From Eledone cirrhosa (Eukaryota), in the NCBI GenBank assembly GCA_964016885.1, contig OZ024748.1, positions 23,126,001 through 23,190,000 of the forward strand: a stretch of 64,000 bases of DNA, read 5' to 3'. The notes under the pieces were generated by a model. The model ran no database searches, was not told the origin of the DNA, and saw only the letters and a list, made by a program, of their open reading frames with translations. Every line of letters starts with the position of its first letter. Position 1 is the first letter of the stretch. This document shows, piece by piece, positions 57,280-64,000 of the stretch. The translations under genes and the position numbers were made by a program.

Positions 57280-58142
57280 AATTTATTAATGCATGGACAG
57301 TTATATGACCTCCTTTTCAGCCGAGAGACATACCAATACATATTCAAACATTGATACATATTCAAAGATTGTGGGTCAACATTCATTACAGAATTTAGAG
57401 TGGCAGTACACACTTCGAGATTACATTTATATTAATAGGTACAATCAAAAATCAAAAATATAGGTTAAAATACAACATGAATCAATTACATTTTATTATA
57501 CATATTTCGGATGTACAACAGTACGTCCTCATCAGACAAAATATATAATTGACAAAATATAATTGAGTATATATACTTCGATGTATGTATGTGGGGGCGT
57601 GTGTGTCTGTGCATGTAGGCGTACGTGTGTGTATGCATAGATGGGTATGTGTCTGCATGTGTGTGCGTTGTTATGTGTGTATTTTAGTATGTGTGGGTGC
57701 TTACTCTGAAGTCTGAGCAGACGTGTGAAGTACTGAACCCAGCATGACTCCATTGAAATGTGTCGGGCGGAAAAACGGTTGGTGAACCGTGTGGCAGCAG
57801 ATACTGGTCAGAACTTGTGATGACGTGGAGTAAAAACAGCCAATGGCATGACAAGAGTGGAAATAGGGTTTTTTTGAGGGTGATATCACCCCAGTGATAA
57901 AATTTTCTCCGGACGTAACACCCGTGTCTGAAAGAACCCGCAGAAGTAGAATCAGCCAGATCCATACAAGGACCATGACTCGAGCTACATGCCGGCGAAA
58001 CATTTGTAACACGAAATAAACTAAGTCCAGATGCATCACTGATTTTTCGTTTTCTTTATAATATCTACACTCTACTCTGATGAATATCGAGTGCTAATTT
58101 TGGCATACCGCCTATAGAAGCACCATAGCTACCTCTATACAC

Positions 58143-58200
<58 letters not shown>

Positions 58201-58299
58201 AGAGTAGTTAAGATTAATTCACCATAATTGTTTATTGCTAGGACCTGCTTATCCTCAAGAAGTTACAACGTAACAACTAAGAAAACAACACTCTTTTGC

Positions 58300-58344
<45 letters not shown>

Positions 58345-58399
58345 CGGCAATGAATTAGTTTTGCGAGGTTTTTTATATGAAATCGTGTGTCGAAACAAA

Positions 58400-59221
58400 T
58401 ATTGTTATACTTGGGGAGGGTCATATTTGTGTAATATTGCCAGAATTAATAACAGAACACACTCACTGTTTGGTTGGTTTTCGCTTCTCGCTTCTGTGTC
58501 TTTTATATCGGTAATCTAACTTACTCGGTCCTCAATGTTGCCATTGACTGACCGACGGTCAAAAATAATACAGATACAATATAGACACAAACACATATAT
58601 ATAGTTTATCATAAATCTTTCGTTGCACATCTGCAACATCGTCAGTGGTGTTATATTTTCCTCCTGTTGTATTGTATGTCTACGCCATTTTTATTCAGTC
58701 TGTCTATATATTTATTTATTTATTTGCTTGTTTGTTTATTTTATTTGTCTTCTTTGCGCATGCGTTTGCGTGTGTGTATAGTGTTTTGTTTGCTGTGTGA
58801 TGGATGACTAGTGTGTGTTTATGTGCTTGTTGTTATTGTGCTTGTGTATGTATTTATTTATTTATTTATTTATTTATATTATTTTAAAACAAACAAACAA
58901 ACAAATAAATAAATAAATATATAGACAGACTGAATAAAAATGGCGTAGACATACAATACAACAGGAGGAAAATATAACACCACTGACGATGTTGCAGATG
59001 TGCAACGAAAGATTTATGATAAACTATATATATGTGTTTGTGTCTATATTGTATCTGTATTATTTTTGACCGTCGGTCAGTCAATGGCAACATTGAGGAC
59101 CGAGTAAGTTAGATTACCGATATAAAAGACACAGAAGCGAGAAGCGAAAACCAACCAAACAGTGAGTGTGTTCTGTTATTAATTCTGGCAATATTACACA
59201 AATATGACCCTCCCCAAGTAT

Positions 59222-59229
<8 letters not shown>
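58400..59229. mobile_element. Large inverted repeat (~340-bp arms, ~150-bp spacer), Penelope-like inverted pLTR structure
   Basis: 58400-58737 is the reverse complement of 58891-59229; each arm has a hammerhead-like core; (TA)n outside. Confidence 0.8.
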
Positions 59230-59292
<63 letters not shown>

Positions 59293-59316
59293 TATACATA
59301 TATATCTATCTATCTA

Positions 59317-59428
<112 letters not shown>

Positions 59429-60034
59429 GGACGAGGGAGTGATAAGTACGCAGTCACGTCAAATGTCTGGGGATAGTATAAACTTCTCGTTGTTTGTAAC
59501 ATTTGTAGCGGAATATAGCTGTTATAATACATGAAACAGTAATTATCTATGAAGACACCATTTTCGTTATTATGCGAATAAAACAAGAATATTGCTAATG
59601 TCGTTATTAGCCGTGGTATTCACAACATACAAACACCACCAACTTTTCAATATTTTCACTCACTGTTATTTGGTACCTAACCTTTATATATTTCTAAATT
59701 CTAAACCCGGTGAATCTTTTCACTTAGTCACTCGACTTGCTAGGAATAGCAACCAAATTTGCCTCAAATCACAACCTACTATCTTAAATAGCGGAACGAT
59801 ATATTAGATATTGTTGTAGATAGTGTTGTCTTAGTCGTCTTTACAAAACTTTGGAATTATTTTGATCATATATCTTCTCGATCAGGGTTTGTATGGTCCC
59901 GTAACTACCGATATTTACAAGGGTATTTTAAGCCTGGCGGAGCCCATCCCTCTCCAGGCCTGTGTACAGCAGATTTCTTCCAGAGAAAGATAGAAAGTGA
60001 GAGGAAATGAGAAAGGTTTACAGAGGAAGAATCA

Positions 60035-60190
60035 ACCCCAGTACTGGACTGGTACTTTTTTTTATTGACCTCGAAAAGTTGAAAGGCAAAGTTGACCTCG
60101 GTGGGATTTGAACTCAGAGAGCAGAAAGCCGGAACGAATACCATAAAGCATTCTATCCGACGTTCTAACGACACTGTCAATTCGCCGCCT
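60035..60190 (-). mobile_element. tRNA-derived SINE (older subfamily)
   Basis: GAAAGGCAAAGTTGACCTCGGTGGGATTTGAACTC is the reverse complement of the core and B-box. Confidence 0.75.
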
Positions 60191-60964
60191 TCGATCAGGG
60201 TTTACCTATGGCTAAATGACAACAGCAGTAATATAAATATGACTAAATAGTCTCACATATTGGTTTCAATTACGATGTCTATTGTATTAATGTCATCGGA
60301 AGCAGCAGTCCTTCCACACATTATAAATTACAAATATTGTCTCTCTTTCGCAGCAATGATACGGGCTTGATGAAGTAGTCTCCAGAAGCTATCGTCATTT
60401 CCAGTATTCCAGGTTTCAGCCCCGAGAAAAATGACTGAATCTCGTTAGAACTTTCCAAATAATAGTACAATGGTGACCTTAGAAACCTTCAATTTGGTTG
60501 AAGTCTGAAAATATGGAAGATATTCTGCATTCCAATCACTCTATTTAGGGGTCATGCTGCTTTCTTAATTAATTCTGCTACGACCAAGATAGAATGGCAG
60601 ATTCAGGGAATTATTGCATGGCTTCAGTTGATTAAAGTTTGGGGCTTCAAGACGTAACATTCATGTGCATGAGATTCTGAGGGAGGTTTGCTCGTTATTT
60701 CTAACTACTCACAGAAGCACGTAAATGTTCATTCGTTCCCTGGTAACTCATGTTTCTATGCAGTTTATAGATTCCAAAGACTTAACCTTCAAAATACGAT
60801 GTGATATATTAGATAACGAGTCCAACATATATTTCCTGGTGGAATTTGTCACGCATGTATGCACACACAAGAGTGTTGGTGCTTGTGTTTTGGGGGTGTA
60901 TAATTGTGTGTGAGTAAGTTTGTGCACAATTAAGTCAACCTCAATTTACACAGACACGCAAAAT

Positions 60965-61121
<157 letters not shown>

Positions 61122-61301
61122 TGTGTCCTCAAAAATGTATACACATATTTATTAGAATGCTGTTGAAGTGTGTATACACACACACAAACACACTCACACA
61201 CATACACATATATAAGTATATTTGAAGGACTTATTTACTAGAAACTACTTTAAAAGAAGTGGCAATGGTATTAAAATCTGAGAATAAATATTTGTCACAC
61301 G

Positions 61302-61335
<34 letters not shown>

Positions 61336-61990
61336 CATATTATACAAACATACATACATACAAACATACATATATACTTACATACATACATACACATACA
61401 TACATGCATACACATAAATACATACATACACATACATACATTCATGTAAACATACATACATACATACATTCATACATACATACTTTCATACAAAGAGACA
61501 CATACATACATATATACATACATAATACATAAATAGATACACACCATACATACATGCATATATATATATATATGTTGTACACACATACCTACATACACAT
61601 TATACAAACATACATACATACATAAATGCACACCATGCATACAAACATACATATATATACAAACATACATACATATATATACATATATATATATACATAC
61701 ATACATATATATACATACATATACATATACATACATACATATATGTTATCGAGTATGGCTATTGCACGATATACCATTATTAATAATTATCAATTAATTC
61801 TATCGAGCAATGCCTGTGCCTGAAGGTATTTTTTAAAGTGAGGAAAGACTGTGCACTGAGCCAATCCCCCTCTCTGAGCGACAGTAGCTATAACCCGAAC
61901 AGAAGAAAAGATCAAGATCATCGGTAACTACATACATACATATATACGTACATACATATACATACATACATATACATACAAACATATATA

Positions 61991-62600
61991 GTAGTGGCTG
62001 CCAACTCGTCCTCAAGTACGGCCACTACTTTATATCCATGTAGGAGAACCCCTACCGATGCGCTGAATGTGTGTGACTTTTTAGTCCAGCCAGCGACTTG
62101 AAAACTCTGGTACAAACACTACACTTGTGACAATTATTGACACATAGTGCTGGGCCCATGGTACCATGTGACGACAAGTGCAGAGAGATCTCCAGATATA
62201 AAGCAATGCCTGTGCCGTGAAGCTTTTATAGTGAGCAAAGGCACTGCACAAAGCCAGTCCCACTCTCTTAACCGAGATGATATTTACCAAAAAGAAGAAC
62301 CAATCAACATCATTGGATACCATCAGGGTTGCAGGTGTTATATCAGAGTTTTCCTTCTCCTAGAATTCTGCCTTGACAAAGGCTAAGGGGTCATCTCTCC
62401 CGGTGATTTTGGATGGCCATTGACTCTTAAGAGCTCCTTTGCTCTTTGACAGGTTTTGTTTTTAGTCCTGCAGGATGTCCAAAGTCACCCTCCTCACCAA
62501 GAAACATTGGTGGGGTTGCCAGTTTAGTCGCCAACGACCCGACCATGAGGCAGGTTGTAATGGGATACCTGTTACCAGTAGCACCAACTGGTGACCTGAC
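61991..62600 (-). mobile_element. Apparently full-length (~610 bp) RTE-derived non-autonomous element (family A)
   Basis: 5' end coincides with that of the copy ending at position 92; contains the 5'-UTR-like part, zinc-finger remnant and 3' hairpin. Confidence 0.8.
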
Positions 62601-62664
62601 ATATATATACATATATATATACATATATGACCATACATACATATACATATACATACATACATAT

Positions 62665-62867
62665 ATGATGGCTGCCCCCTCGTTATCGAGTATGGCCATT
62701 GCACGATAGACCATTATTAATAATTATCAATTAATTCTATCGAGCAATGCCTGTGCCTGAAAGTATTTTTTAAAGTGAGGAAAGACTGTGCACTGAGCCA
62801 ATCCCCCTCTCTGAGCGACAGTAGCTATAACCCGAACAGAAGAAAAGATCAAGATCATCGGTAACTA
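62665..62867 (-). mobile_element. Related RTE-derived element (family B), truncated
   Basis: Alignable by eye to the family A middle part (GATCTTTTCTTC...GGCACAGGCATTGCT) but lacks the zinc-finger segment; variant 3' hairpin; duplicate at 61745-61930. Confidence 0.7.
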
Positions 62868-62927
62868 CATACATACATATATACGTACATACATATACAT
62901 ACATACATATACATACAAACATATATA

Positions 62928-63357
62928 GTAGTGGCTGCCAACTCGTCCTCAAGTACGGCCACTACTTTACATCCATGTAGGAGAACCCCTACCGATGCGC
63001 TGAACAAGTGTGACTTTTTAGTCCAGCCAGCGACTTGAAAACTCTGGTACAAACACTACACTTGTGACAATTATTGACACATAGTGCTGGGCCCATGGTA
63101 CCATGTGATGACAAGTCCAGAGAGATCTCCAGATATAAAGCAATGCCTGTGCCGTGAAGCTTTTATAGTGAGCAAAGGCACTCCACAAAGCCAGTCCCAC
63201 TCTCTTAACCGAGATGATATTTACCAAAAAGAAGAACAAGTCAACATCATTGGATACCATCAGAGTTGCAGGTGTTATATCAGAGTTTTCCTTCTCCTAG
63301 AATTCTGCCTTGACAAAGGCTAAGGGGTCATCTCTCCCGGTGATTTTGGATGGCCAT
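62928..63357 (-). mobile_element. RTE-derived non-autonomous element (family A), truncated
   Basis: Duplicate of 61991-62420 at an offset of 937 bp. Confidence 0.8.
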
Positions 63358-63472
63358 ACATACATACATACATACATACATACATTCATACATGATGGCT
63401 GCCCCCTCGTTATCGAGTATGGCCATTGCACAAGAAAAAAAAAATACATACAAACATACATACATACATACA

Positions 63473-63506
<34 letters not shown>

Positions 63507-63516
63507 CATACACAAA

Positions 63517-63870
63517 TGTTGTCTGTGCCAAGTGGTGATTGAGCCAGCGAGATACGGCAACACTATTTTGATCTTAGTATTAAACAACCAGTTAAGATCA
63601 CTGACTCCAATATGATAGTGGAAAACATGATCAACCAATAGCAGCTACTCAACAGCCTGAGGTTGTAACACCCCAAAATTAAGCCTAACAAACTCACTCC
63701 AGCCCACCCACTCGACAATATGGACCCACACAAAGCAAACTGGGATATAATTACGCGTGACCTATCACTTATTGATGGTCTTTTACACTCACTTCCCCTC
63801 ACATCAAAGCACCTTGCTAGTTATTTGAAGATGCTGTTACTAACATATGCTCAAACCACACCCAAACAAA
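63517..63870 (+). mobile_element. Decayed CR1-type LINE remnant (end of the APE domain)
   Basis: Peptides LCQVVIEPARYGNTILILVLNN and HKANWDIITRDLSLID resemble Q.V..PTR.GN.LDLV and KANW....L..IDW. Confidence 0.5.
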
Positions 63871-63897
63871 AATATATTCAGGCCTCCCAAGAGAGAG

Positions 63898-63952
<55 letters not shown>

Positions 63953-64000
63953 GGGAGAAGGGGCGAGAGAGGGAGAGAAGGAGCAGAGAGAAAGAGAAGT

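Overview
Repeat-rich animal genomic DNA. The SINE families and dense (TA)n/(TACA)n/(CA)n microsatellites suggest a coleoid cephalopod such as an octopus (inference). No prokaryotic genes, rRNA or CRISPR are present. The dominant feature is a ~16.2-kb coding-type tandem array (15.0-31.2 kb, ~300 x 54 bp) whose most plausible reading is a giant Thr/Pro mucin (PTS) domain. Three frames stay open across it, and the Thr frame is bounded by an in-frame TAG upstream and a SINE-supplied TAA downstream. The rest is retroelement debris organised around microsatellites: (i) two families of R4/Dong-like restriction-like-endonuclease (RLE) LINEs that always sit in (CATA)n tracts in one polarity; (ii) RTE-derived non-autonomous elements with a covarying 3' hairpin and (TATG)n tails, in the opposite polarity; (iii) many short elements in (TA)n tracts that form palindromes or direct repeats and carry hammerhead-ribozyme cores (Penelope-like/retrozyme-like); (iv) a 90-bp minisatellite grown from the 3' UTR of a HERO-like LINE, whose last copy holds the three hammerhead strands in a non-canonical order; (v) tRNA-type SINEs, decayed CR1/RTE pieces and hAT-type MITEs. 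Nearly all ORFs in the supplied track are microsatellite artefacts. All family assignments come from motifs recognised by eye, not database searches.
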